Shown piece after piece: positions 1-11,274 of a stretch of DNA of 64,000 nucleotides. The position numbers and the translations under genes are program-made. Below the pieces are notes generated by a model. The model had not been told where the DNA came from, searched no databases, and saw only the letters and a program-made list of their open reading frames with translations. Source of the stretch: an uncultured Methanosarcinales archaeon (GTDB lineage Archaea > Halobacteriota > Methanosarcinia > Methanotrichales > Methanotrichaceae). How positions within the stretch are numbered: the stretch's first letter is position 1; each line of letters begins with the position of its first letter. The stretch is taken from the NCBI GenBank assembly GCA_963843555.1, contig CAWJKV010000002.1:32001-96000 (forward strand), given 5' to 3'.

Positions 1-187
1 TATCGTTCTCTTACCTCCGGCGGAATGTGCTTGGCAGCTTCGCCGAGGATTACCAGATTGAAAATTACCGCATCGTAGGTTTTTCGTCTGCAGCGAAATG
101 ATCAAAGTCTAGTTCCTCAGCGTAACGCAATATCTTCTCGCAAGATGTCTGCATATCCTCAAGAAACAGCAGGTAGTCCCTGGACAT
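1..187 (-). CDS. HEPN/DUF86 (HepT-like) toxin, frameshifted at the A5 run ~80-84; runs off the window start
   Basis: ATG at 187 gives MSRDYLLFLEDMQTSCEKILRY...DEK. One extra A restores TYDAVIFNLVILGEAAKHIPPEVRERY, typical DUF86. Overlaps the 3' end of the MNT gene. Confidence 0.85.
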
Positions 188-467
188 AGAGGGCCTCACT
201 CTCGATCTGTGGCTTGAGTCTGGGCCGGATGGACTTGCGGGTGACCAGATCCACAGGATTGCCCAGCAGATCCTCAAGGAAGAACTTGAGATCCATATAC
301 CCATCGAAGGTAGCCGGGCTCTGGAACTCCACCACGATGTCCACATCGCTATCCGTCCTGGCCTCATCCCTAGCCACAGATCCGAAGACTGCCAGAGTCT
401 TTACACCCATGTGAGTCAGCTCATCTCTATGAGCGGCCAGTATATGCAGGGTCTCCGATCTTCTCAT
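159..467 (-). CDS. Minimal nucleotidyltransferase (MNT/MntA-type antitoxin)
   Basis: FGSVARDEARTDSDVDIVVEF is the GSx10DxD Pol-beta motif. 102 aa, directly upstream of a HEPN gene. Confidence 0.92.
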   Translation of the reverse strand: MRRSETLHILAAHRDELTHMGVKTLAVFGSVARDEARTDSDVDIVVEFQSPATFDGYMDLKFFLEDLLGNPVDLVTRKSIRPRLKPQIESEALYVQGLPAVS

Positions 468-804
468 GGTTCTCTCAAAAATTACTATGTAGATCTTTAA
501 TATAAAGGCCTTTTGAAGGTCGCATTCAAGGATATCAAAACGATCTTAGATATCTCCGCCTGGATTAGCTCTTGCCCAGACTGCATCGTTATTATTGCCG
601 GATTTGATCCTGATATCCGCGAGTCAAGATGGCAAAGCTGTCCGTCCAAAATCTCCCTGCGCGTGGGTATGCGGGCGCACGCGGCCGCACGGGCGGGCCC
701 GCCCTTGCCGGCGAGTTTTACCTGTGTTCGGGCTGAACGGGAACTATGATACCTAGAATTTTTTGCCGGAATGTTCATCTCTTTTCACGTCCTACATTTC
801 TCGC

Positions 805-2178
805 ATGAAGCTGGTGTTTCACGGAGCAGCGGGCGGTGTAACAGGATCCCACACGATCCTTGAGGCTGATGGTTCACGAATCGGCATCGATGCAGGGCTC
901 TATCAGGGGAGTGAAGCGGTGAAGAACCGTTCCGGATTCGGATATAGCCCTGATTCTCTGAAGGCGCTGCTGCTAACTCATGCTCATATCGACCACTGCG
1001 GCAGGATACCGTTGCTGGTTAAAGAGGGTTATCCGGGGTCCGTTTACTCCACCTCGGCCACGAAAGACCTTTGCGAGATAATGCTGAAAGACTCTGCCCA
1101 TCTCATGGCCGAGGCAAGTGATCGCAAAAACCGTCATCGAGATCCTAAACAAGATCCACCCCTGCCTCCACTTTACGCGGAAAGTGATATTTTCCCGGCC
1201 ATGAAACGGTTCCAGCCTGTAAACTATGGAGAGAAGCTCGATCTGGGCAACATCTCCGCTAATTTCAGGGACGCGGGCCATATTCTCGGTTCGGCCATGA
1301 TCGAACTGACCCATGCCGGCAAGAAGATCGTTTTCAGCGGCGACCTCGGTCGGCCCGGAGTTCCCATTCTACGTGACCCTGAAAAGATAGACGAAGCCGA
1401 CTGGCTGGTACTCGAATCCACCTATGGCAACAAAGACCATGATGATATGGCTGCCCGGGGAAAGAAGCTCTTGGAAATAGTGCTGGAGACGCTGGAGCGG
1501 GGCGGCAATGTCGTCATCCCGGCCTTTGCCGTGGGGCGTACTCAGGAGATACTCTATGAACTCAATCCTTATGCGGAAACGGGCGCGCTGAAAGGGGTCA
1601 AATGCTACGTAGACAGCCCCATGGCCATCTCGGCAGGAGAGATCTACAGCCGCCATCCAGAGTGCTTTGACTCCGAGACGCTTTCCATGCTGAAGCGGGG
1701 AGACAGCCCATTTGAGTTCCCCGGACTGCATTACACCAGATCCAGGGATGAATCGAAGGCCATTAATGATCAAAAAGAGCCGCATATCATTATTTCGGCC
1801 AGCGGAATGGGCACGGGAGGCAGAATTGTTCACCACCTGATCCATAACCTGGGGCGCAGGGACAGCACAATCCTCTTCGTCGGCTATCAGGCAGAAGGGA
1901 CTTTAGGGCAGCGGTTGGTGAGCGGATCTGAGAGTGTCCGAGTAATGGACCGGCAGATAGATGTGCAGGCCAAGGTCGAGTCCCTGGAATCATTCTCGGC
2001 CCATGCGGGCCGAAGCGAGGTCTTGAAGTGGCTGCAAGCTTTCAAGAGATTCCCTGAAATCGTTTTCCTCAATCACGGTGAGACCAATGCCACAGAGGCG
2101 CTTTCCCAGATGATAAAGCAGGAGTTTGGAGCCGAAGTCGTGGTTGCGGAGCCGGGAAAGAGCTACCTGTTCGGATGA
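805..2178 (+). CDS. MBL-fold beta-CASP ribonuclease
   Basis: THAHIDH, AGHILGS, ESTYG, PAFAVGRTQE and FSAHA motifs. Likely start MKLVFHGAAGGVTGS at 805. Confidence 0.92.
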   Translation: MKLVFHGAAGGVTGSHTILEADGSRIGIDAGLYQGSEAVKNRSGFGYSPDSLKALLLTHAHIDHCGRIPLLVKEGYPGSVYSTSATKDLCEIMLKDSAHLMAEASDRKNRHRDPKQDPPLPPLYAESDIFPAMKRFQPVNYGEKLDLGNISANFRDAGHILGSAMIELTHAGKKIVFSGDLGRPGVPILRDPEKIDEADWLVLESTYGNKDHDDMAARGKKLLEIVLETLERGGNVVIPAFAVGRTQEILYELNPYAETGALKGVKCYVDSPMAISAGEIYSRHPECFDSETLSMLKRGDSPFEFPGLHYTRSRDESKAINDQKEPHIIISASGMGTGGRIVHHLIHNLGRRDSTILFVGYQAEGTLGQRLVSGSESVRVMDRQIDVQAKVESLESFSAHAGRSEVLKWLQAFKRFPEIVFLNHGETNATEALSQMIKQEFGAEVVVAEPGKSYLFG

Positions 2179-2417
2179 GATTGCAGGGCGGTTCGCGGAG
2201 TACCTATCGAATCGTTTCCTAATAACGGAGAAGCCCTCGATCAAGCATGCGAGCGCTCTGGGGGCCGCCGGCCCTGCCTCTGCCCTGCCAGGCAATAGCC
2301 GTGCCGTGTGCGAGTCCAAATCGTTGATTTTAATAAAAATGAAGACTTATTCTTGCAGATGGCCTGAAAAGTTAATAAAAAATTATTTCAAAAAAAAAGA
2401 TTGGCGATTTTTCCCTG

Positions 2418-3230
2418 TTAGTAAGGGGCGTTTAGCCACTGGTACGTGCCGTAGGCCCAGGCAATGGCATTGGCACTTTCATTGTCCCCACTACTATAGT
2501 AGTAAGCGTTGTTGAACGCTTTCTGATACTCTTTCATTGCGTCTGCATTATCCAGTCCGGCTTGAGGACCAGTGCTGACGCGAGGAACGTAATTCCCAGG
2601 ATAGACTCCCAAATAGTCGACGGGATTGTTGGTCGGAGGAAGGTAGTAACCGCCAGTTGTAGTGGTGCCTGATACATCGATTGTCACACTATTGCTTGGG
2701 GCACCATTTACCATAAAGGCCACTGTGTGCCGTCCAGGAGCATCTGCATAGAAGGCGAGTTTGCTGGTGGGGTAAATGAAGTACTGGTACTCAACTTTCT
2801 GACCACTTGCATCGTTCAGTACAAAGCTGCCTGTGCCCTCGCTGGGAGTGATTGCTAATAGCGGTACCAAAGCTCCCTGGGGAACCTGGGCGTACTGCGA
2901 CCAGTCTCTTGTTCCCTGTATCCACAGAGCATTGCCTGAAGCAGCCTGTTGATATGTAGAGTAAGGAACTTGCTGCATCTGGGTGCCGAAGTAGACGTAT
3001 GTTGGTGCGCTCGTGATATTATATGCCACGGGAGGTGTAATATGTGCGCTTGGGGCGGATCCTCCAATCGAGCCATAGAATTGAGTGTAATCATAAGTGC
3101 TAGCATCAGCACCTGGCATTGGGCCTGAATAGCCGCTCAAAGCCACTACGTTGGTCTGTGCCTGAACCCCTGACAAACATGCTAATAGAATGAATGCCAC
3201 TAAGGTCGATAACAACCTGTTCATTTTCAT
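2418..3230 (-). CDS. Secreted/surface hypothetical protein (Tyr/Gln/Pro-rich)
   Basis: 270 aa ORF with signal peptide MKMNRLLSTLVAFILLACLSGVQA and a beta-rich core. Confidence 0.75.
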   Translation of the reverse strand: MKMNRLLSTLVAFILLACLSGVQAQTNVVALSGYSGPMPGADASTYDYTQFYGSIGGSAPSAHITPPVAYNITSAPTYVYFGTQMQQVPYSTYQQAASGNALWIQGTRDWSQYAQVPQGALVPLLAITPSEGTGSFVLNDASGQKVEYQYFIYPTSKLAFYADAPGRHTVAFMVNGAPSNSVTIDVSGTTTTGGYYLPPTNNPVDYLGVYPGNYVPRVSTGPQAGLDNADAMKEYQKAFNNAYYYSSGDNESANAIAWAYGTYQWLNAPY

Positions 3231-3669
3231 AATTCATCCTCCGAAGGTTAATTCTGGTTGATGCAAACATCAAATCCGAGTATATCTATTTTTGCCAGGC
3301 AAAGCCTGACAATAGATGCGTTGAATTCTATGATATTTATACGTTTCAGCTGTTAAAATAACTTAAATAATTTCATAGAAAACATATAAAATAGGATAAC
3401 AGTAATATTTCCTAAATGTCTTGCCTCTCAAGAACCGCATCTTTGGAGTCGCTTCATAGCGATTGATATGCGAGATAAAAAAGGATGCGACCGTTATCCA
3501 TTCTCGAATTAACAAATAGCAGGCGAAACGCAATCCAAATTCCCACTGACATGTATGTTGCTTTTGCCCGAAAAGTCGATAATAGTTTTCGCGAATGTGA
3601 GGCATATTCGCGATTCTATTTGTCGAGAAATAGATTTTGACAAAAATCGAATATTAAATATTAGATTTA

Positions 3670-3744
3670 TAGCGGGGAGTAGATTTGAACTACTGATCTA
3701 CGGGTTATGAGCCCGTCGGGATATCCTGACTACCCTACCCCGCT
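3670..3744 (-). tRNA. Initiator tRNA-Met (CAT)
   Basis: Reverse complement AGCGGGGTAGGGTAGTCAGGATATCCCGACGGGCTCATAACCCGTAGATCAGTAGTTCAAATCTACTCCCCGCTA folds as a cloverleaf. It has the A1-U72 pair, three G-C pairs in the anticodon stem and a CAT anticodon. Confidence 0.95.
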
Positions 3745-3958
3745 GCACTTGGGATATACACACTCACTTTATACTAGCTTATAAGGCTTGCGTACAGAAT
3801 CCTCCGCAACTGAAGCGAAGAGAAACCGCCGATATGCATTTGTTGACGGAAATTCCATCAACCTATTACTGCAGCCTCGCGTACCGCGGAATATCTTTGC
3901 GGCATATCTGCGCCCGGGATTCGGTTACTTAATGTATCCCTAGTCCAATCAGGTCTCT

Positions 3959-4591
3959 ATGTTGCTGTTGGGCGCGGATGAAGCTGGCAAGGGTCCTGTT
4001 ATCGGCTCCATGTTCGTCGCCGGACTGGTTATCGAGGAGGAGAATCTTTTCGACCTGGCGGCTTATGGTGTCAAGGACTCCAAGCAGCTCGCCCCGGCGA
4101 AGAGGGAGATACTGGCCAAGAAGATAAACAGGATTGCCACTGATCAATACATCCTGGAAGTCAAAGCAGAGGTCATCGACGAGCTGCGCCTTGTCATGAC
4201 TATGAACGACATCATGGTAAGGAGCTTCTCCCAGGTGGTAGGAAAGCTGCATGCCGATAGAGCCGTTCTTGATGCCGCGGACGTAGATGCTGCCCGATTT
4301 GCCAGAGCCGTCCAAACCTTGAGCAAGACCACTATGGATCTGATTGCAGAGCACAAAGCAGACGAGCGCCACATGGTCGTCTCAGCCGCCTCAATTCTTG
4401 CCAAAGTTCGACGGGATGCGTCCATACGTGAGCTGGAGTTGGCCCTGCATTGCAGGATCGGCAGCGGATACCCACATGATAGGGATACGATCGCATTCCT
4501 GAGCAACTGGGTAAAGGAAAATCGGGATCTTCCTCCCTGCGCCAGGCACAGCTGGGCAACAGCGCAGCGTATAAAAGCTAGTTTTATATAG
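3959..4591 (+). CDS. rnhB: Ribonuclease HII
   Basis: GADEAGKGPVIG, VKDSKQL, AASILAKV and GSGYP motifs. Confidence 0.96.
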   Translation: MLLLGADEAGKGPVIGSMFVAGLVIEEENLFDLAAYGVKDSKQLAPAKREILAKKINRIATDQYILEVKAEVIDELRLVMTMNDIMVRSFSQVVGKLHADRAVLDAADVDAARFARAVQTLSKTTMDLIAEHKADERHMVVSAASILAKVRRDASIRELELALHCRIGSGYPHDRDTIAFLSNWVKENRDLPPCARHSWATAQRIKASFI

Positions 4592-4631
4592 GCTGCCTGA
4601 AATTAAGAGGCCCCAAGGAAGAAGGGATCAC

Positions 4632-5777
4632 ATGGATATAGAGGATACTTTGCTCATGATTCCAGGGCCGACCAAGGTCGCGCCTCGCGTGCTGCGCGCA
4701 ATGTCAAAGCCCATGATCAGCCACAGAAGCGGCGAGTTTGGAGCAATTTACAGCGAATGCTGCGGATTGCTCAAGCAGTTCTTCGAGACCAGGAATGACG
4801 TAGCGATAATGACTGGCAGCGGTACATTGGGCATGGATGCCGCTGTTGCCAGCACCATCGGCCATGAGGATAGAATCGTTACCATTTCCAACGGCAAGTT
4901 CGGAGAGCGCTTTACTGAGATCGGAGAGAGATATGGTAAGGCCGTTCCTGTGAAGTTCGAGTGGGGCACACCATTCGTCCTGGATAAGATTGCGGCCGCA
5001 TTGGAACAGGGTGCCAAGGCCGTGGCCATGGTCCACAATGAAACCTCCGTCGGCCTCACCAACCCTGCGAAAGAGGTGGGAAAGCTAGCCCGGAAACACG
5101 ACGCGGTATTTATTGTGGATGGCATATCCTCAATAGGCGGCAACGAATTTCTCACCGACGGGTGGAACATCGATATTGCCATCACCGGCTCACAAAAGGC
5201 GCTGGCTGTGCCCCCCGGCCTGGCAGTAGTCTCCGTATCACCAAAAGCGGAAGAGCGCTTCCTGCCCCAGAGCAGCAGCTATTATGCAGATGTGAAGGCC
5301 CACTTAAAGAGCGTCCGGAAGAGCCCGGCGCAGACTCCCTTCACACCTGCGGTGCCACTGTTCTTCGCCATGCAGGAGGCTCTGCGCCTGGCAGCCGAGG
5401 AGGGCTTCGCCGCTCGCAGGACAAGAACGGCAAAGCAGGCGGAGTCGGTTCGATCTGCAGCAAAAGCACTTGGTATAGAGCTATTTCCCACGGTGGACGA
5501 GAATACATATTACTCCAATACAGTAACCGCCATGAAAATGCCCGCGGGCGTCACCGATGACAAGCTGCGCGGCGGCATGAAGAAGCAGGGCGTTATCGTC
5601 TCCGGAGGTCAGGAGGGTCTCAAAGGCAAGATCTTCAGGATCGGCACCATGGGCGTCTGCTCCAGCGGCGACATATTGCGAACCATTCAAACTCTGGAGC
5701 TGGTTCTGGCCAAGGAGGGCCAGCTGCACGCACGCGGCGCAGGAGTTGAAGCCGCGAGCAAGGTGCTGGAGAGCTGA
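4632..5777 (+). CDS. Class V PLP aminotransferase (alanine-glyoxylate/serine-pyruvate type)
   Basis: LLMIPGPT, VHNETSVG, VDGISS, GSQKAL (PLP Lys) and FRIGTMG motifs. Confidence 0.93.
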   Translation: MDIEDTLLMIPGPTKVAPRVLRAMSKPMISHRSGEFGAIYSECCGLLKQFFETRNDVAIMTGSGTLGMDAAVASTIGHEDRIVTISNGKFGERFTEIGERYGKAVPVKFEWGTPFVLDKIAAALEQGAKAVAMVHNETSVGLTNPAKEVGKLARKHDAVFIVDGISSIGGNEFLTDGWNIDIAITGSQKALAVPPGLAVVSVSPKAEERFLPQSSSYYADVKAHLKSVRKSPAQTPFTPAVPLFFAMQEALRLAAEEGFAARRTRTAKQAESVRSAAKALGIELFPTVDENTYYSNTVTAMKMPAGVTDDKLRGGMKKQGVIVSGGQEGLKGKIFRIGTMGVCSSGDILRTIQTLELVLAKEGQLHARGAGVEAASKVLES

Positions 5778-6125
5778 TCCGACTAATAGATTTACACATT
5801 TTTTTATTTAATCTGTTTTGCAAAAAGTAACAACAATTAATGTTGACTTTAATCGATTTTTTAGAATCTAGTCGAATAAATCAAACTGCACGAAACATTT
5901 TTATACTGTAATATCTCTAATAGATTTTAAGGTAATTATTAACAAATGGAATATAATGAAGTGATAGACCGTTGGGGAGTGCCCATCTGCAATAGGCAAA
6001 AGGATTTATAAGTAGGCACCGGTTAGAACATATTCGTGATTTCATGGGGGTTGAGTCAGTTGGAGGGAATGAAAGCTGAAATAGGCGGTGACGGATTAGA
6101 TCTGTGTTCTTTGCCACTTAAGAAG

Positions 6126-9100
6126 ATGGGCAAAGGGAAACACTGTTTCACGCTATTGCTTATTATTATTTAAGCATAACTTCTGCTTTGTTTCTGGCCC
6201 CGGGATGCACGGCAGAGATCGACTTTGATGTAAGAAATGCAACTGTAACTCCTGACTATGGATACGAGGACTTTGCCTATTCAGCCCAGATATGGCTGAG
6301 CGATTCTTCGGCCAGCAGAGTAGGTGAGCTCGCAGTAACTAAATTCAGGGTAGATTTATATATCTACGATAAAGATAATCTGATTTACAGAGAGCCTTCT
6401 TCTGATGTAGTTCTCAGCCAACAGGATATTCAGAGCAGAATCAGCCGTCCTCTTGTCTTCGGTCCATACAGATTAACGGACAAGTTAGGAATAACCAGCA
6501 CCAGCAATGCCTCTTATGAATTTGTTCTCTATCGATCTGGAGAAGAAGTCGCGAGGTCCGCCAGATTGTCAGGTCCCGTTCTCCAGCCACCGACAATAAC
6601 CGGCCTGCCTCAATTCGATGAGACTCCCTATTTCTTCCAGGGCATCTCAGCGACCGCCGGGTTCAGGGATCAGGACGACATTTTGGCCACCTGTCATCTG
6701 GAAATTGCAGGCCCTCTGGGAACAAATGAATCCAGGAACTGGAAGACTGGAGAGGTTCCGTGCAAGCACGCGGGTAAGAACGTTTATACCTGCACTCTAT
6801 TCCAGGATCTCTCATCTTACAGGGAGGGCGGAAACTTCAGCTTCAACATCGTCTATAACAATCTCAAGCTTGACCCCTTGTTCTTCGGGCCCTACAATAT
6901 CTCCCTTCAGCCCTACAGTCCCCTCGTAGAAAGACTTACGGTTCCCCAGCTCCTTGATTCGTCCAACTTCACAATTCTTGCCTACGTCAGAGATGAGGGG
7001 GTTAAGATGGTGGGGGGCCTCCCGATAGGTAGTACTGCCAATCTAATAATAAGCCGTCCCCCCAGCGGAATTGTCATTTACAACTCATCTGAGCCGACTA
7101 TCCAGGGCCCCTATCTTGTCTATGTTTGGAATAAAGACCAAATATCGTTCAGCAGGGACGATGTGCTGCAGAGCAGAGTTGTCCCATTCCAGGCCAGAAT
7201 CGAATATAAGAATGAAAACTGGAATTACGGTGCCAATGCATCCAGCATTGACTTTAGAGTGGTAGAGGAGATTCCAGAACTGGATCTACAGTATCCGTCT
7301 TTCGCTTATGTTCGGTCCGGTGAGACCACCACTATTGACATAACTGCTGTGGTTGCATTCTCCAAAGGGCCCGGCAATATGAATTTCAGGCTTTCCGGTC
7401 CCGCTGAGAATCTCAATTTTACCGACAAAGGAACCTCTCTGGGAGGAAACAGGTACCAATACAAATGGCAGATTAACTTCGATAAACGTCACATCGATGG
7501 CAATTATACGCTCTCCATGTCCTTTGTCCATCCTTCGCTTTCCGGCGGCAAATTTGCCTTTGATGACCGGTCCATAAAGGTGGCCCCGGTTTTTGTGCAG
7601 TTCGATAGGGCCAGCGTCTCGCCATTCTTCGGCCAGTGGAATGATAGCTACACCTATTCTTTGAAGATCAATACAAGCATTCCCCTCGATGTCCATCTCC
7701 AGACCTATGATCACTGCAGCAATGAATGGACTGAAAAGGGAGTCGAGAATGCATCAGAGACCGGATCAGGGCTTAATTGGACCCTCAAGCCCTTTGATTA
7801 TGAGTGTTCTGAGATGGAAAAGCAAGGGGCAAAGTACAGGTTCAAGGCGACATTTTCCGGGCAAGACTACCTCTCGAAGGCCTATGACGGCCCATCTTTC
7901 TCAGCAGGCAATCCCATTCTCATCTCCCTGGATAGTGATCCTGTTGTATATGTCCATGACGGCAACCGATCTTCCAGTAGCGTTCAGGCAGTAGTAGAGT
8001 ATACCATCGGCCAGGGAGAAGCCGTTCTCAGGCTCAAAGGACCGGAGAAGAATATTGAGCAATCACAGGAGGGAGTTGCATTGGGCGGCAATAGATATCG
8101 ATATGATTGGAGCCTGCCCTTTGATGAATTGAATACTGGAAAAAATTTTACGTTAAATCTCAGCTACAAGCACCCCAGCCTGCCAGCAGAGTACCAGCTT
8201 GGTGAAAGAGAGATCTCCGTCCAGCCTTTATCAATTGCCTATGGAGATTCAAAGGTTGTGCCTGATAAAGGCAGATGGAATGATACCTATGCCTACTCAG
8301 TACCCGTGAACTCAAGCGTTGAAATGGAAGTCAAGCTGGAGGTCTATAACGTCTGCGGCCATGAATGGGCACAGATTGCTGCACGGAATAATTCCAGCCG
8401 GGCAGAGCATCATTAACCTGACGGCCAGGCCGTTCAATAAAATGTGCGAAGATTTGCAGGGAAAGAATGCGAGCTACCGCTTTGTCGCCAGCTTTGCAGG
8501 GGATACCTTCCCATCCGATACGTATGCGGGACCTTTAATCGATTACTTCATGCGGGTCCGGCAGGAAAATGGCGCGAACACTACGATGATGCCTGAAGAA
8601 GTGAGGGGCGACGTGAGCCCAAGAAGAGGTATCCTGCAGGCCTGGCAGGAGAGCGATAAGCTGTATGCATTCACCTATACCGCTCAACTCAAAAATTTGA
8701 GCTCAGGGCAATTCGCCCTGGGTAGAGCTATTGGTTAAGGCTCCCGGTCGTTCCTGGAAGGCTGTGGGCGAAAAGCAGCAGTACGATCCCAATCAGGGCA
8801 ATTTAAGCTGGACCGTCAAGCCGTTCTTCGATACAGAGTTCCTGGGAACAGCCCAGTTCAAGTTCCTGATCGATGGGAGGGAGAGCAATGTGTTTGAAGG
8901 ACCTGAGATCATCGCCGTCTATAAAGATTTGAGTTATCAGAAATCAGCTATTGTTGGATTGTATAACTATCAAGGTACGATCAACGCGTCCATCAACTTA
9001 ACTCTCGATCTATTGGGTTCGGAAGATAACGAACACTGGAGGAATATCGGCAAGATTCAGAAGTATACATTCGGAAGCGGTGAAGTGCTAAAAACCTGGA

Positions 9101-9168
9101 AAGATGAGCCCGCGATACGATATTATGAGTTTGATATCAAACCGGCAGCCGGCAAGGTGATGAGCTGA
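6126..9168 (+). CDS. Large exported repeat protein (~1010 aa when joined), split by frameshifts at ~6170, ~8387 and ~8712
   Basis: ATG 6126 plus one T gives a signal peptide (MGKGKHCFTLLLIIILSITSALFLAPGCTA) that joins ORF 6188-8416. ORFs 8319-8738 and 8731-9168 continue the same beta-rich repeat style. Confidence 0.75.
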
Positions 9169-10600
9169 TGCGTCAAAAGGAAATTTGGTTAATTGTCATA
9201 GCTCTTTTGATTCTCTCTATAGCTTTCCAGCGATCGCTCCGGCGGGTCCGCAGCCTTCGTCCGACAGTGGCAACAGTGGTGGCGGTGGTAGTGGGGGTGG
9301 ATCTCGCCTCAGCCTGGCGAGTTTTACCAATTACCTGGAGAGCTGGCAAAAGGAAAATCCAACGAAGTATCAGTACATGACAAAGCTCATGAGCAATGGA
9401 AACACCCGAGCATACAAGGTACCATCCATTGGATTAAAATATTCTAAGAATAGATCAGTTAACAGGAACGATGAACTGGATATAAAATTCCAGGTCCAGA
9501 ATCCCAATCCTATTGACCTTCGGATACCTCTTTTCATCGATCTTGAGGCGATGCCTCCCGGAGAGAATGGCTATAAGAAGATAAATCAGAACTCAATGAT
9601 TGTTCAGCCATTTTTCTATACGGAAAATAATGACGTCAATTTCTTCGAATCAAGCTGGCCGGAATTGAGTACCTTCGGCCAGATGAACAGAATGGGTATT
9701 CTAAAACTCAAGACCGGAGAGGTGAAGCTCCGTGCCGTTTACAATGATGGAACCCGGAAAGAATATTCCGACTCCTGGAAATTTTATCCACCTTACTATG
9801 GCGAGCTTGTTCTTAATCTGACCAACCGCCCTCCTGAGATGAAGAATATCTCCATCACGCCACCAAGTACTATGAGGTTCAATGACCCCATAGAGTACAA
9901 GGCGGAGATCGAGGATTCTGACGGAGACATGCTCAATGTGACTCTCCATATCTTCGACACAAAGGGCAAAGAGCTGAAGAATGTTACCCAGATGGTGTTG
10001 CCGGGATCTATCAGCTTCAAAGCCAGCCAGTTTGGATTCTTCAGCGAGACTGATGCAGGTAAAAATTTTACCTATTACTATAGTTTTGATGATGGAATAA
10101 ACAGCAATAGAACTCGGATTCAATCGGGACCGAATATTCGCCAGGGGCCGAAGCTCTATGTGGATCAGCTCAATGTTACACCTCAAAGCAGTAATTGCTA
10201 TTGGTGGCAGTGGTATACCTTCAGTATGAGAGCGAAGAACTTGAACCAGGAAAATTTCGATGTGGTCTTTACCCTGCTATGCAGGACAGAGAATAGCGAT
10301 TGGAGGACGATAGAAAGCAAAACTGTGAAAGTGGGCCCTGAACCGCAAATGATCTCTTTTAACAAAACCGAACCGTTCCTCGTTACTGATGCCAATGCTA
10401 CCTCTTTTTATCGCATTAAACTCTCTGAGTACGATCAGACCGGCAAAGATGTAGTGGAGGCGGCCGGGCCAAAGATCAATGCCAAGATGGTGCCTTATGC
10501 CATTTACGATCCGGTTATGGTCGCAAACGTTGCATCGCTGCTATTTGTGATCCTGGCGGGAAGCCTGGCTTTAGAGAGAAGTCATAAGAGGAGGGATTAG
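9168..10600 (+). CDS. Exported protein with signal peptide, Gly/Ser linker, Ig-like region and C-terminal TM anchor; frameshift at ~9225
   Basis: MRQKEIWLIVIALLILSIAF joins ORF 9185-10600 with one extra T. Ends in a hydrophobic helix plus basic tail (VMVANVASLLFVILAGSLALERSHKRRD). TGATG coupling with the upstream gene. Confidence 0.78.
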
Positions 10601-10602
10601 AG

Positions 10603-11274
10603 ATGGACCGATTCCCTCTTTTTGCCATCATCCTGGCAGCAATTCCAGTATTGGCAAGCGGGCTGGATCTGGCAGGAAGTGCCCTTCTCCTGGGCATTAT
10701 TCTTGGGGGAGCTGCGGCATTGCATATCTATAACCTGTGGAGGGTTCATAGAAAAATAGAATCGTTAGAACACTCCAGCATAACTAAAGAGAGCTTTTAT
10801 AATGAACTGGCCATTGCCCAGGGCTCAAACTTCTCTGCTCTGGCTCTTGCGGCATGGCTGATGCTCATTGTGGCTATCGCTTATCTCTATTTCCTGGTTC
10901 CGACAATTCTCGCCATCAGCTACATGCAGATTCCAGACCTGGCATCCAGTCCAAACGGTTTTGTCACCTATGGATTGGCCATTGCCTCGGCGGCAACAAT
11001 TTTGATTCTCGGCCTTGACAAGCTGCCTGAGAGCTATAGGGAGTTCAAGCTGACAGAGCTGTACAGTTTCTACTCCATCTCAAAGGAGGCGAAGAGAACG
11101 ATCGTCCTGACCATTCCCGCCCTCAGTATCTCGATAATTTGCTCGGCTTATACCGGCACCATCTATCCCGCGCATGATCCACTTGCTGAGAGCCTGTCTT
11201 TAATCCTCCTGGCACTCTCGGCAGGAACGCTGGTGGCTATCATTTATAAGGACGCAGTGGAGGGATGGAGATGA
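10603..11274 (+). CDS. Multi-pass membrane protein, unknown function
   Basis: 223 aa with about 5-6 hydrophobic segments. RBS-like GGAGG upstream; ATGA overlap with the next gene. Confidence 0.8.
   Translation: MDRFPLFAIILAAIPVLASGLDLAGSALLLGIILGGAAALHIYNLWRVHRKIESLEHSSITKESFYNELAIAQGSNFSALALAAWLMLIVAIAYLYFLVPTILAISYMQIPDLASSPNGFVTYGLAIASAATILILGLDKLPESYREFKLTELYSFYSISKEAKRTIVLTIPALSISIICSAYTGTIYPAHDPLAESLSLILLALSAGTLVAIIYKDAVEGWR

Noticed and set aside
655..715. GC-rich patch with palindrome GGGCGGGCCCGCCC (a similar GC patch lies at ~2250-2310)
   Set aside because: The two patches are not clearly homologous and match no RNA family I recognise, such as SRP or RNase P.
3670..3744. tRNA as integration site of an island or provirus
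   Set aside because: No integrase and no duplicated tRNA 3' end were seen in the window.
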